Assembly (NCBI GenBank): GCA_039587755.1
Contig: JBDHBD010000001.1
Location: 199,947-263,946, forward strand
DNA length: 64,000 nt
Origin: Gemmatimonadota bacterium
Lineage (GTDB): Bacteria > Gemmatimonadota > Gemmatimonadetes > Palauibacterales > Palauibacteraceae
Reading direction: 5' to 3'
A program made the position numbers and the translations under genes. Position 1 is the first letter of the stretch, and each line of letters opens with the position of its first letter. Under the pieces are notes generated by a model. It had not been told where the DNA came from and ran no database searches. It worked only from the letters and a program-made list of their open reading frames with translations. Positions 8,085-19,455 of this stretch are shown piece after piece.

Positions 8085-10187
8085 ATGAGTCACAGAGTAG
8101 AACGTGAGTTTGCCGGCCGACGGCTGGTGATCGAGACGGGACGGATGGCCCGCCAGGCCGACGGAGCCGTGACAGTCCAATTAGGAGAGACGGTCGTGCT
8201 GGTGACCGCCGTCGCAGAGCGAAAGCGGGCCAACCTCCCCTTCTTTCCGCTGACCGTTGAGTACCGCGAGAAGAGTTACGCGGCCGGGAAGTTCCCGGGC
8301 GGATTCATCAAACGCGAGGGTCGGCCCGGCGACAAAGAAGTCGTGTCCGCGCGACAGATCGACAGGCCCCTGCGCCCCCTGTTTCCGGACAAGTACAGAA
8401 ACGAGACCCAGGTCGCATGCTTCGTGATCTCCGCCGATCAGGAGAACGATGCGGACGTCGTCGGCATGCTAGGGGCGTCGACGGCCCTCACCCTGTCGTC
8501 GATCCCGTGGGGCGGACCGATCGCGGGCGTCCGGGTCGGGCGAGCGGACGGTGAGTGGCTGATCAACCCGACGTTCCAGCACCTTGAGATTTCGGACCTC
8601 GACCTCGTCGTAGCCGGCACTCGTGAGTCCCTCGTGATGATCGAGGGTGCGGCGCTGGAGATCAGCGAGGACGAGTTGCTCGAAGCCCTGGACATGGCCC
8701 ACGGTGCGATTCGCGAACTGATCGATCTGCAGCTCGAGCTCGTAGAGGCCGTCGGAGGTCCTCCACAGAAGTTCGAGTACGAAGGGACGGGGATCGATCC
8801 CGCTCTGCGAACCAGAGTGGAGGCCTCGGGGGCCGACCGGGTCCGAGAGGCACTCGATCTGCCGACGAAGGAGGAGCGAAACCAGGCGCTTTCCACGTTA
8901 CAGGACGAGCTGGTGGAGCAGCTCGAGGAGGAGTTCCCGGATGGGGCCTCCGACGTTCGCAGTGTCGTGCGCGAGATGGAGAAGCAGACGATGCGTCGTC
9001 AAATCCTCGAGCACGGCGAGCGGGTCGACGGGCGAGGTTTGGACGAAGTCCGCGCCATCTCCTGTGATGTCGGCATCCTGCCGCGAACACACGGCTCGGC
9101 ATTGTTCACACGAGGCCAGACGCAGGCGCTGGCCGTCACGACGCTGGGGACCGTGAGCGACGAGCAGCGCATCGACTCGATCGATGTGCAGTCGGAGACG
9201 TCCAAGTCGTTCATGCTACACTACAACTTCCCGCCCTTCTCCGTTGGCGAGGTGAGGTTCTTCCGCGGGCCGGGAAGACGCGAGATCGGTCACGGGATGC
9301 TCGCCGAGCGGGCGCTCCAGTCCTTGCTGCCACCGTACGATGAGTTTCCGTACACGATCCGCATCGTCTCGGATATCCTCGAATCGAACGGATCGAGCTC
9401 GATGGCTACCGTGTGCGGCGGCTCGCTGTCGCTCATGGACGCTGGCGTCCCGCTGCGCTCTCCGTGCGCCGGCATCGCGATGGGTCTCGTCAAGCAGGAC
9501 GACCAGACGGCGATCCTGACCGATATCCTGGGCGTCGAGGACGCCCTCGGCGATATGGACTTCAAGATAGCCGGCACGGACCGTGGCATCACCGCTGTTC
9601 AGATGGACATCAAAGTCAGCGGACTGTCGCACGACACGATGAAGGATGCGCTGGAGCGGGCTCGTCAAGCTCGTCTGCACGTACTCGACGTGATGGGCCG
9701 TACGCTGGCGCAACCGCGGTCTGAGATGTCGCGCTACGCACCGCGAATCATCACCATCGAGATCAACCCCGAAAAGATCGGCGAAGTAATTGGTCCGAAG
9801 GGGAAGACAGTCCGGTCCATCCAGGAGGAGACGGGTACCGACATCAACATCGAGGACACCGGAGTAATCACGATCTCCTCCGTTGCGGGCGAGGGCGGAG
9901 AGCGAGCGCGAGCGATGATCGAGGCGATCGTCGAAGAGCCGGAGATCGGCCGCGTGTACCACGGCGTGGTCAAGAACGTCACTTCGTTCGGCGCCTTCGT
10001 GGAGATCATCCCCGGTGTGGAAGGGCTGTGTCACATCTCCGAGCTCGAGGAAGGGCGCACCGAGCGCACGGAAGATGTGGTCAAGCCCGGAGACGAAGTG
10101 GCCGTCAAGCTCCTGTCCGTCGATGATCGGGGTCGTCTGAAGCTTTCACGGCGTGCTGCCATGACGGTTGCCGGGGCTTCGGACTGA
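8085..10187 (+). CDS. pnp: Polyribonucleotide nucleotidyltransferase (PNPase)
   Basis: ~700 aa with two RNase PH domains and KH and S1 C-terminal domains (GRVYHGVVKNVTSFGAFVEI). The rpsO-pnp order is conserved. Confidence 0.95.
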   Translation: MSHRVEREFAGRRLVIETGRMARQADGAVTVQLGETVVLVTAVAERKRANLPFFPLTVEYREKSYAAGKFPGGFIKREGRPGDKEVVSARQIDRPLRPLFPDKYRNETQVACFVISADQENDADVVGMLGASTALTLSSIPWGGPIAGVRVGRADGEWLINPTFQHLEISDLDLVVAGTRESLVMIEGAALEISEDELLEALDMAHGAIRELIDLQLELVEAVGGPPQKFEYEGTGIDPALRTRVEASGADRVREALDLPTKEERNQALSTLQDELVEQLEEEFPDGASDVRSVVREMEKQTMRRQILEHGERVDGRGLDEVRAISCDVGILPRTHGSALFTRGQTQALAVTTLGTVSDEQRIDSIDVQSETSKSFMLHYNFPPFSVGEVRFFRGPGRREIGHGMLAERALQSLLPPYDEFPYTIRIVSDILESNGSSSMATVCGGSLSLMDAGVPLRSPCAGIAMGLVKQDDQTAILTDILGVEDALGDMDFKIAGTDRGITAVQMDIKVSGLSHDTMKDALERARQARLHVLDVMGRTLAQPRSEMSRYAPRIITIEINPEKIGEVIGPKGKTVRSIQEETGTDINIEDTGVITISSVAGEGGERARAMIEAIVEEPEIGRVYHGVVKNVTSFGAFVEIIPGVEGLCHISELEEGRTERTEDVVKPGDEVAVKLLSVDDRGRLKLSRRAAMTVAGASD

Positions 10188-10266
10188 CCAACACGGTGTC
10201 CGGGTTGCTGGCCAGGCCTGGTCGACCTCTCGAGCCGAACGAGATGCGAGCCGACCCGGGACGGCC

Positions 10267-11595
10267 ATGACGACCCGGGCCTCCGAGCGTCTGGATGACG
10301 GGGTCTTTCGGACCGAGCTGCCGGAAGGCCCCATCGTTCTGTCCGAGCGAATCGACTCGGTGCGATCTGTCGCGCTGGGCCTGTGGGTGCGGCAGGGAAG
10401 TGCTCACGAGCCGCCGGGCCAGGGCGGCATCTCCCATCTGCTGGAACACCTCGTTTTCAAAGGGACCAGCCATCGGTCCGCCCATCAGCTGGCCCGCGAG
10501 ATCGAACAGGTGGGCGGTGGCATGGACGCCTACACGGCCCATGAGGTCACGGCGTTTCAAGCCCACGTTCCCGATGATGAGCTCGGGGCGGCCGTCGACG
10601 TGCTCACCGATCTTGCGTTTCGACCCAGGCTTCAGGAGGCGGACCTGGAGCTCGAGCGAGGAGTGATCCTGGAAGAGCTGGCCGGGATCGAAGAGACTCC
10701 CGAAGAGCTCGTGTTCGAGGAGCATGCCGCCCGCCTGTACGGGAGTCATCCTTACGGGGCACCGGTGATCGGGACACGAACGAGTCTCCAGGGTCTCGAC
10801 GCGGCTGTCGTTCGTGGCTTCCACTCGCGAGTGTACCGGCCCGGCCACGTGGTTATTGCCGCTGCCGGACGGGTGGACCACAAAAGGCTGGTGGAGCTAA
10901 TCCGAGCGTCGCTCTCGTCGACGGGCGGCACACCGCCGGCCGATCTTTCGACACCGGTCGCTTCGGACCTCGGCATCAAGCGCGTCCACCACCGGTCGGC
11001 ACGCCAGGCCCATCTGGTAGCGGGAGGGCTCACCGTGCCCTTCTCCGATCCGCTGCGCTACGCCGTGGTCCTCGTCAACACGGCGCTGGGCGGCGGCATG
11101 AGCTCCAGGCTCTTCCAGAGGATTCGCGAGGAGCGGGGGCTCGCGTACACGGTCTATAGCTTCCAGTCCTTCTATGCCGCCGGGGGGCACGCAGGGGCGT
11201 ATGTCGGCACCGGCCCTGACACCGCGGAAGACGCGCTCGGATTATTGTTGGACGAGCTGAAGAGCCTTGCAGAGCGGCGGCTCTCCGAACGCGAGGTCGA
11301 GGACACGAAGACGGAGCTCAAGGGGCGCATGATGATCTCGCTCGAGTCGCCGGGCGCTCGCATGAACCGGCTCGCCGGGCTGACGTTGTACAAGCAGCCT
11401 TATCGAACACTGGACGAGGTGTGTGAGCGAATCGACCGGATACGATCGGATGAGGTGGCGAAAGCGTGTCGCTTGTTTCATCCTGACCGATTGGCAGTCA
11501 TCGAGCTGTCACCGGTCGCGGACGATGCCGTAATCGCCACGGATGTGGAAGAAGGCCGGCGCGCACGCGGCGCACCCATTCGCACGAGGAGCTGA
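10267..11595 (+). CDS. M16-family zinc peptidase (insulinase-like)
   Basis: HxxEH inverted zinc motif (HLLEHLVFKGT). ~440 aa with two M16 domains. Confidence 0.85.
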   Translation: MTTRASERLDDGVFRTELPEGPIVLSERIDSVRSVALGLWVRQGSAHEPPGQGGISHLLEHLVFKGTSHRSAHQLAREIEQVGGGMDAYTAHEVTAFQAHVPDDELGAAVDVLTDLAFRPRLQEADLELERGVILEELAGIEETPEELVFEEHAARLYGSHPYGAPVIGTRTSLQGLDAAVVRGFHSRVYRPGHVVIAAAGRVDHKRLVELIRASLSSTGGTPPADLSTPVASDLGIKRVHHRSARQAHLVAGGLTVPFSDPLRYAVVLVNTALGGGMSSRLFQRIREERGLAYTVYSFQSFYAAGGHAGAYVGTGPDTAEDALGLLLDELKSLAERRLSEREVEDTKTELKGRMMISLESPGARMNRLAGLTLYKQPYRTLDEVCERIDRIRSDEVAKACRLFHPDRLAVIELSPVADDAVIATDVEEGRRARGAPIRTRS

Positions 11596-11598
11596 CCG

Positions 11599-12720
11599 AT
11601 GATCATCGGGGTGCCGAAAGAGATAAAGGACGACGAGAACCGCATCGCCATGGTACCCGCAGGCGCCGAGGCTTTGGTCGCTGCGGGCCACCAGGTGCTG
11701 ATCGAGCGCAGCGCGGGGGGAGCGAGCGGCTTTACGGATTCGGCATACGAAACGGTTGGCGCCGACCTCGTCGATGAAGCCGACGAGGTGTGGGGCCGTG
11801 CCGAAATGATCGTAAAGGTGAAGGAGCCGATAGCGTCCGAATATGATCGGATCCGACCGGAGCACGTGATCTTCACCTACTTCCATTTCGCGGCGGACGA
11901 GACACTCACGCGGACGATCCTCGATCGGGGCTGCGTGGCGATTGCCTACGAGACTGTGGAGCTGCCGACCGGAGAGCTGCCGCTTCTCACGCCGATGTCT
12001 GAGGTGGCGGGTCGGATGGCCGTGCAGGAGGGGGCCAAGTACCTGGAGAAGACTTCCGGCGGGTACGGCCTGCTTCTGGGCGGCGTGCCCGGGGTGCTCC
12101 CGGCCGAAGTCGTAATCCTGGGTGGCGGGGTCGTGGGGACGAACGCGGCCAAGATCGCAGCGGGCTTCGGAGCCCATGTCACAATCCTGGACGTGGATCT
12201 CGACCGGCTTCGATATCTGTCGGACGTGATGCCCGCCAACGTGGATCTAGTCTACTCGAATCGACACGTCATCCTTGAGCAGCTTCAGCGCGCTGACGTG
12301 CTGGTCGGAGCCGTGCTGGTGACCGGTGGCAAGGCACCGATGCTGGTGCTGAACGAGGACCTCGCCCTGATGAAGGACGGATCGGTCATCGTGGACGTGG
12401 CGGTCGATCAGGGCGGGTGTGTCGAGTCGGCCCGACCGACCACGCACCATGATCCCACCTACGTGGTCGACGGTGTGATCCACTACTGCGTGGCGAACAT
12501 GCCGGGTGCCGTTCCGCACACCTCCACGCTGGCGCTCACCAATGCGACTTTCCCGTACACGAGGCAGCTTGCCGATCTCGGCTGGGTCGAAGCGTGCCAG
12601 CGCGACCCGGTGCTAGCCCGGGGCGTCAACGCGGTGGCAGGCCATTGCACGTACGCAGCAGTCGCGGACGCCTTCGATTTCGAGTACACGCCGCTGGAAG
12701 AGGTTTTGGAGGGGAATTGA
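11599..12720 (+). CDS. ald: Alanine dehydrogenase
   Basis: N-terminus MIIGVPKEIKDDENRIAMVP; Rossmann motif ILGGGVVGTNAA; 373 aa. Confidence 0.9.
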   Translation: MIIGVPKEIKDDENRIAMVPAGAEALVAAGHQVLIERSAGGASGFTDSAYETVGADLVDEADEVWGRAEMIVKVKEPIASEYDRIRPEHVIFTYFHFAADETLTRTILDRGCVAIAYETVELPTGELPLLTPMSEVAGRMAVQEGAKYLEKTSGGYGLLLGGVPGVLPAEVVILGGGVVGTNAAKIAAGFGAHVTILDVDLDRLRYLSDVMPANVDLVYSNRHVILEQLQRADVLVGAVLVTGGKAPMLVLNEDLALMKDGSVIVDVAVDQGGCVESARPTTHHDPTYVVDGVIHYCVANMPGAVPHTSTLALTNATFPYTRQLADLGWVEACQRDPVLARGVNAVAGHCTYAAVADAFDFEYTPLEEVLEGN

Positions 12721-13002
12721 GGGGCACGGGGGGCGTTTGGCCCGTCCTTTCGCCTTTTGCAGGCGGCGCCTACATTTCCGCGTTATCCCGCGCTCGAGCA
12801 CGGTGACGTGCGCCTGGCCAGGCCCCCCGGCAGGTCGGTCGCCGGCGGTTTGAGGGGCTCGGCGGAGCTCCAGAGGACGACCGTTGTCCGACCGCGTGGA
12901 CTGGCACCGGTTCTGCAGTCCTGTTGGGGTCGGGAAGGGTGAGGTGAAGATGGAGAGAGGGCGGCACATGACCCGGCGACTGCCGGAAGCTCCCATACGC
13001 TG

Positions 13003-14037
13003 ATGGCTAAGTGGTCGCTGCGCGGCAGCCTCCTGCCGATCAACGACATTGGGGTCGACCTCGGCACGGCGAACACCCTCGTTTACGTCAAAGGCGAGGG
13101 GATCGTCCTCAACGAGCCGTCCGTGGTCGCCGTAGAGAAGGATTCGGGCCGCATCAAGGGGATCGGCCTAGAGGCAAAGCGGATGCTCGGCCGTACCCCG
13201 AGCGGCATCGAGGCGATTCGACCCCTGAAGGACGGCGTGATCGCCGACGTGGATGTGACGGAGATCATGCTCCGTTACTTCCTCAAGACGGTCACTGCGA
13301 ATCGCTTCTTCAAGATCCGTCCGCGCGTGGTGGCGGGGGTTCCCTCGGGCATCACGGAGCTGGAGAGACGAGCGGTCCGGTCGAGCGCTCACGCGGCGGG
13401 AGCCAAGGACGTCTTCATGGTTTCCGAACCGATGGCGGCGGCCATCGGGGTCGGGCTCCCCGTCGAGACACCGACTGGCAACATGGTCATCGACGTGGGT
13501 GGCGGTACGACCGAAATCGCGGTGATTGCCCTCGCCGGGTCAGTTGCCGACACGTCGATCCGCGTCGGTGGAGACGAGCTGGACGCGGCGATCGTCTCGT
13601 TCCTTCGCAAAAACTACAACCTGTTGATCGGTGAGCCGACGGCCGAGGCCATCAAAATCCAGATTGGGTCCGCCTACCCTCTGGAGGACGAGAAGGAGAT
13701 GCTGGTCAAGGGCCGAGATCTGGTGTCCGGCATTCCCAAGACGGTGCGTGTTCATTCGGCCGAGATCCGAGAGTGCATGCAGGAGCCGATCCAGCAAATC
13801 GTCGGCGCCGTCCGGCGCGCACTCGAGATTACCCCGCCCGAGTTGGCGTCGGATATTGTCGATCGCGGGATCGTCATGACCGGCGGCGGGGCTCTAGTTC
13901 GCGGACTCGATGACCTGCTCCGCGAGGAGACGGGGCTGCCGATCCACGTGGACGAGGAGCCGCTGACATGTGTCGTGCGCGGATGTGGCCGGATCCTCGA
14001 CGATCTGGATCGCTACCGCAGCGTCCTGACGACCTGA
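13003..14037 (+). CDS. mreB: Rod shape-determining protein MreB
   Basis: Actin-like motifs IGVDLGTANTLVYV, DVGGGTTEIAVI and VMTGGGALVRGLD. Confidence 0.95.
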   Translation: MAKWSLRGSLLPINDIGVDLGTANTLVYVKGEGIVLNEPSVVAVEKDSGRIKGIGLEAKRMLGRTPSGIEAIRPLKDGVIADVDVTEIMLRYFLKTVTANRFFKIRPRVVAGVPSGITELERRAVRSSAHAAGAKDVFMVSEPMAAAIGVGLPVETPTGNMVIDVGGGTTEIAVIALAGSVADTSIRVGGDELDAAIVSFLRKNYNLLIGEPTAEAIKIQIGSAYPLEDEKEMLVKGRDLVSGIPKTVRVHSAEIRECMQEPIQQIVGAVRRALEITPPELASDIVDRGIVMTGGGALVRGLDDLLREETGLPIHVDEEPLTCVVRGCGRILDDLDRYRSVLTT

Positions 14038-14059
14038 GCCGTCGCTCCGGGAGCGAGCG

Positions 14060-14959
14060 ATGAGGATCGAGCAGAACGGAGAGCGCCGTAGGGGACGATC
14101 GGACTTCCTCGTGCTGCTTGCTCTGCTCGCCAGCTCCGGTATCTTTTCCTCGCTCCCCGAGCCACACCAGGCACGCGTGGCCGTCGCGCTGCGCAGCTCC
14201 GCCCTCCGCCCATTCCTCCTTCTCCAGGAGTCCTTTGTCGAGCGCGCTCGGCTGCGGGCCCGATACGAACGCCTGCGCGAGGAGCGTGATTCGTTGGTTC
14301 GCGAGGTCGTGACGGGTCGCATGACTGTGAACGAGATCGCCACGTTGCGTGGTCTGCTCGCGCTCGATCGGCGCCCAGAAGGCAACTATGTGCCGGCCGA
14401 CCTGTTTCCTGGACGTCCACGGGTCGGCGACTCGGACGTCTTCGTGCTCGGAGGTCGAGGGATCGGGAACCTGGATCCTCCCGTCGGCGTGGTGAACGGG
14501 GACGGGCTCGTGGGAATCCTGCGCGGTACAGACGAAAACGGTGCGCTGGGAGCATTCTGGAGCCACCCGGATTTTCGAGTGAGCGTTCTGGCCGCCGGCA
14601 CGGGTGTGACGGGCATCGTACGCCCGGTTCGCAGCGAAGGCGGCCAGGCCGCCATGTTGCTGGAGGGGGCGCCATACCAGGAGTCGATCGCTCCGGGAAT
14701 CGAGCTGCTCACCACCGGGCTGGCCGGAGTGTTTCCACCGGGCATACGCGTCGGAACCGTTCGCGAGGAGTCCGACCAGGAGTCGGGCTGGATGAGACGC
14801 TACCTGATCGAGCCGGCCGTACGACCGGAAGACGCAGCGGCGGTGCTGGTGTGGCGACGCCCGGTGATGCGGGGGCCGCACGGGGTCGCCTCGGGTGACA
14901 CGGCTGTCGAGCGCAGGACGGTCGCGGATTCCGACACGACTACCGTGCCGGACGCGTAG
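14060..14959 (+). CDS. mreC: Rod shape-determining protein MreC
   Basis: Immediately downstream of mreB. N-terminal TM helix and coiled coil, then a beta-rich C-terminal domain. Confidence 0.8.
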   Translation: MRIEQNGERRRGRSDFLVLLALLASSGIFSSLPEPHQARVAVALRSSALRPFLLLQESFVERARLRARYERLREERDSLVREVVTGRMTVNEIATLRGLLALDRRPEGNYVPADLFPGRPRVGDSDVFVLGGRGIGNLDPPVGVVNGDGLVGILRGTDENGALGAFWSHPDFRVSVLAAGTGVTGIVRPVRSEGGQAAMLLEGAPYQESIAPGIELLTTGLAGVFPPGIRVGTVREESDQESGWMRRYLIEPAVRPEDAAAVLVWRRPVMRGPHGVASGDTAVERRTVADSDTTTVPDA

Positions 14960-15418
14960 ATGCCTGCCGGCCGGGCCCGGGCGATGGCTGTCGCGGTGGT
15001 CGGTCTCATCGTGCTGCACTTCGCTCTCCGTCCGTTGCTCATACGTTGGCCTGGAAGCCCGGACCTGCTCACGGGCGGCCTCCTGCTGGGCGCGATGGGG
15101 CTCCGCGCAGGCCATGCGGCGGTGTTCGGCTTCGTGCTCGGTCTCATGGAGGCGTCGATGGCGCTGAGAGACATGGGAAGCGTCATGGTTGTCTACACCC
15201 TCGTCGGATACGCCGCCGCGCGCTCGCGGGACCTGCTGTTTTCTGACTCACCCGCCTTTCTGCCGGGCTTCATCTTCCTCGGCGTATGGACCACGCAGCT
15301 GGCTGTGGCCGTTCTTTCGAGCCAGAGTCTGGAGTGGACGTTTGTGCTTATCCTGTCCCCGCTCTCCGCCGCCTCGACCAGCCTCATTTGCTGGTTTACG
15401 GATCGAGTGCTGGTGTAA
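14960..15418 (+). CDS. mreD: Rod shape-determining protein MreD
   Basis: 152-aa polytopic membrane protein in the mreC-mrdA slot. Its ATG overlaps the mreC stop. Confidence 0.65.
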   Translation: MPAGRARAMAVAVVGLIVLHFALRPLLIRWPGSPDLLTGGLLLGAMGLRAGHAAVFGFVLGLMEASMALRDMGSVMVVYTLVGYAAARSRDLLFSDSPAFLPGFIFLGVWTTQLAVAVLSSQSLEWTFVLILSPLSAASTSLICWFTDRVLV

Positions 15419-15451
15419 GGTGAACGCCGTGCTCTGCGAGGGACCCCGACG

Positions 15452-17266
15452 GTGAGAGCCGACGTCAGGAGACTCGACCTACGAAGGCGTCGGGGGCGAG
15501 TAGCCGTCGCCGGGCTGGTAATCGCGCTGACGGTGCTGCTGGCGGCGTTCTTCCGGATCCAGGTTCTTGGCCGGGCGGACTACGTCCTTCGCTCCGAGGA
15601 GAACCGTCTGCGCGCCATTTCCATACCCGCACCGCGGGGCACGATCCATGACAGGCGAGGTCGGATCGTAGCCGAAAACGTCCCTGGCTACGCGATCTCC
15701 GTGCTCCCGGGCCCGAGGGATACCGTCGAGGCGACGGTTCGCCGGCTCGCGCCACACCTGGATCTTGACGAAGGGGTGCAGACGGCGCTGCTGGCGAAGT
15801 ACCGACGCTACTCGAATCAGCCCCTCGTGTTGCGAGAGAACGCGAGCCTCAAGCAGGTCGCCTTCGTCGAGGCGAGGCGACCGGAGTTCCGTCACGCGGT
15901 CGTTGAGATGCGACCCAAGAGGCACTATCCGGGCGCCGAAGCCATCGCGCACATGATCGGCTATGTAGGGGAGATCAGCGAGCCCGAGCTCGAACGGCCC
16001 GAGTACGCCGAGTACGAACCCGGCCGCGTGGTCGGCAAGGATGGGATCGAAAAGAAGTACGAAGCCGAGCTCGCGGGCACGCCGGGTGTGCGCTACGTGG
16101 AGGTCACGGCCCTCGGAACCGTGGTTCGGGAGTTCGGCAGCAACTTCGGTACACCGGCCGTGCCGGGACATGATCTCCAGCTTGGCATAGACCTCGAACT
16201 GCAACAGCTCGCGGATTCGATATTCCCGGAAGACATGCGCGGAGGCGCCGTCGCGCTCGACCCGCGAACGGGAGAGGTGTTGCTGCTCTACAGCGCCCCC
16301 ACGTTCGACCCGAACGCGTTCATCGGCGGCATTGAATCGGCGCTCTGGAACCGTCTGCGGGAGGATCCCGACAATCCGCTGTTGAATCGTGCCTCGGTCG
16401 CTACCTACTCCCCGGGCTCGACCTGGAAACTGGTCGTGTCGACGATCGGGATGAAGGAAGAGGTGCTGGCGATCGACAGCTACGTGCCCAGCTCGTGTGG
16501 TGGCGCGCTGCGGTACGGCAACCGGGCTTTCAGATGCTGGAAGCCCGATGGCCATGGCAGACTGGATCTGTCCGGTGCCATCAAGCGGAGCTGCAACGTA
16601 TTCTTCTACCAGGCCGCACAGGCTGTAGGCCTCGATGCGCTGACAGCGGGAGTGGCGGAGCTCGGGTTCAACGAGCCGACGGGTATCGATCTTCCGTTCG
16701 AGTCGGCGGGTCTCTTCCCGACCTCACGCGAGTGGTTCGATCGTCGCTACGGAGAGCGAGGCTGGACAGAGTCGGTGGTGCTTAACCTGGCAATCGGACA
16801 GGGCGAGAATCAGCAGACGCTTCTTCGCCAGGCGGTCTTCTACGCGGCGTTGGCAACGGGCGAATCACCCGTCGTTCCACACCTCGTGCGCAACGAGCTG
16901 CTCGAGCGCCGACGCGCAGCCTGGGCGCTCGATCTGCCGGAACCGCGGCGACGGGAGCTGGTAGAGGCGCTGACTCGGGTGGTCAACGAGCCGGGGGGCA
17001 CCGGGTATTTCGCGGCTCTGGATCGGTGGACCCTGGCCGGAAAGACGGGCACGGCGCAGAACCCGCATGGCGAGCCGCACTCCTGGTTCATCGGGTTCGC
17101 CCCAGCCCAGGATCCGAAGATCGTGATCGCCTCGATCGTCGAGTTCGGGCACCCCGACAACACGCTCTCGCTCGCGGTTCCGTTCGCGTCGCGTCTCGTC
17201 CAACGCTATCTGGATGCTGAGGGGGTGCCGCCCGAGCCGACCCGTGTGGCTGGCACGGCCCGCTGA
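15452..17266 (+). CDS. mrdA: Penicillin-binding protein 2 (peptidoglycan D,D-transpeptidase)
   Basis: Motifs SGSTWK, SCN and KTGTAQ. N-terminal TM anchor. Located in the mre-rodA cluster. Confidence 0.9.
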   Translation: MRADVRRLDLRRRRGRVAVAGLVIALTVLLAAFFRIQVLGRADYVLRSEENRLRAISIPAPRGTIHDRRGRIVAENVPGYAISVLPGPRDTVEATVRRLAPHLDLDEGVQTALLAKYRRYSNQPLVLRENASLKQVAFVEARRPEFRHAVVEMRPKRHYPGAEAIAHMIGYVGEISEPELERPEYAEYEPGRVVGKDGIEKKYEAELAGTPGVRYVEVTALGTVVREFGSNFGTPAVPGHDLQLGIDLELQQLADSIFPEDMRGGAVALDPRTGEVLLLYSAPTFDPNAFIGGIESALWNRLREDPDNPLLNRASVATYSPGSTWKLVVSTIGMKEEVLAIDSYVPSSCGGALRYGNRAFRCWKPDGHGRLDLSGAIKRSCNVFFYQAAQAVGLDALTAGVAELGFNEPTGIDLPFESAGLFPTSREWFDRRYGERGWTESVVLNLAIGQGENQQTLLRQAVFYAALATGESPVVPHLVRNELLERRRAAWALDLPEPRRRELVEALTRVVNEPGGTGYFAALDRWTLAGKTGTAQNPHGEPHSWFIGFAPAQDPKIVIASIVEFGHPDNTLSLAVPFASRLVQRYLDAEGVPPEPTRVAGTAR

Positions 17267-17275
17267 GGAGACGGT

Positions 17276-18496
17276 GTGACCGGTCGCGCGATGCGGGTTC
17301 TGGGAATCGCTGATGCCTGGCTGATCGGACTTCCGATCCTGTTGGCGGTGTTGGGCGTCGCGATGATCTTTTCCGCCGGTCAGGTCGACGTTCCTTCCGT
17401 CGCCACCGGCATCTGGATTCGGCAACTGGTGTGGCTGGCCATAGCCCTCATCGCGTTCGCTTTCACAACGCGCGTGCCACTCCGCTGGCTCGAGTGGGCG
17501 TCCCCGTGGCTGTACGCGATCGGGATCGGTCTGCTCGTTGTCGTCCTCGTCATCGGCACGGGCCCCAACACGCGAAGCTGGCTCAGCCTGGGCCCGATGC
17601 GGATGCAGCCGTCGGAATTCGCCAAACTGGCCACGATCCTTCTGTTGGCCCGCACGCTCAGTCCGCGCCAGGAGCCAATGAGCCGTCTGTCCCAGCTCCT
17701 GAAGCCGGTGTTGATCGTGCTGGTCCCGTTCGGACTAGTGCTCCTGCAGCCCGACCTCGGTAGCGCGCTGATCTTCGGGGTGATCCTCATCGCGGCCCTG
17801 TTTTGGGCCGGTGTGCCGTTCACGAAGATCTTCCTGCTGGTAAGTCCGGCGATGAGTCTGCTGCTGGGCTTTAACGCCATCGTATGGGGCGGATGGTTCG
17901 TCGTGCTCGCCGTGTTTCTCTATCTGCACAAGCCCTATGTGTTCGAGGGAATCGCAGTGATTCTGGCTAACGTCGCGGCCGGTGCCCTCACCATGCCGCT
18001 GTGGCGGAGCCTGGCCCCCTATCAGCAGAATCGCCTGCTGGTCTTTCTGGACCCCGGCGTGGATCCGAGGGGCGCCGGCTGGCATCTCATCCAGTCGAAA
18101 GTGGCCATAGGGTCGGGAGGCTGGCTGGGGAGCGGTTTCGCTTCGGGTCCCCAGAAACGCCTCGCTTTCCTGCCCGAGCAGCACACGGACTTCATCTTTT
18201 CGGTCGTGGGTGAAGAGCTGGGCTTCCTGGGCGTAGTGTTCTTCCTCGGGCTGTTTGCCTCGCTCCTGTATCGCGTTCTGTACGTCGCCATGGAGCGCGA
18301 GGAGGCCTTCGGAAGCACGATCGTATTCTCGCTGTTCTGCGTGTGGTTCGCGCACCTGGTCGTGAACCTGGGCATGACGGTCGGCCTGATGCCGATTAGC
18401 GGACTCCCGGTTCCATTCCTGAGCTACGGCGGAAGCTTCCTGCTGTTCGTGTTCGCGGGGCTAGGTATCGCTGAGCGGGTCGCGACGGAGCGCTGA
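17276..18496 (+). CDS. rodA: Peptidoglycan glycosyltransferase RodA (SEDS family)
   Basis: Polytopic FtsW/RodA/SpoVE-family membrane protein adjacent to mrdA. Confidence 0.88.
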   Translation: MTGRAMRVLGIADAWLIGLPILLAVLGVAMIFSAGQVDVPSVATGIWIRQLVWLAIALIAFAFTTRVPLRWLEWASPWLYAIGIGLLVVVLVIGTGPNTRSWLSLGPMRMQPSEFAKLATILLLARTLSPRQEPMSRLSQLLKPVLIVLVPFGLVLLQPDLGSALIFGVILIAALFWAGVPFTKIFLLVSPAMSLLLGFNAIVWGGWFVVLAVFLYLHKPYVFEGIAVILANVAAGALTMPLWRSLAPYQQNRLLVFLDPGVDPRGAGWHLIQSKVAIGSGGWLGSGFASGPQKRLAFLPEQHTDFIFSVVGEELGFLGVVFFLGLFASLLYRVLYVAMEREEAFGSTIVFSLFCVWFAHLVVNLGMTVGLMPISGLPVPFLSYGGSFLLFVFAGLGIAERVATER

Positions 18497-18618
18497 CCGA
18501 CTCCTTTTCATCCGTCCGGAGGTTCGCCCGCGTGGCACGTCCGGGGTATATTTTCGGGCTGCCGCTCCCAAACCCGTTCGGAGAGGGCGAGTGGTTGCCG
18601 GCGGCGCGAGAGGCGTGA

Positions 18619-19448
<830 letters not shown>

Positions 19449-19455
<7 letters not shown>

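Noticed and set aside
18497-18618. Possible terminator hairpin after rodA
   Set aside because: The TCCGGA/TCCGGG elements do not form a complementary stem. No convincing stem plus U-tract.
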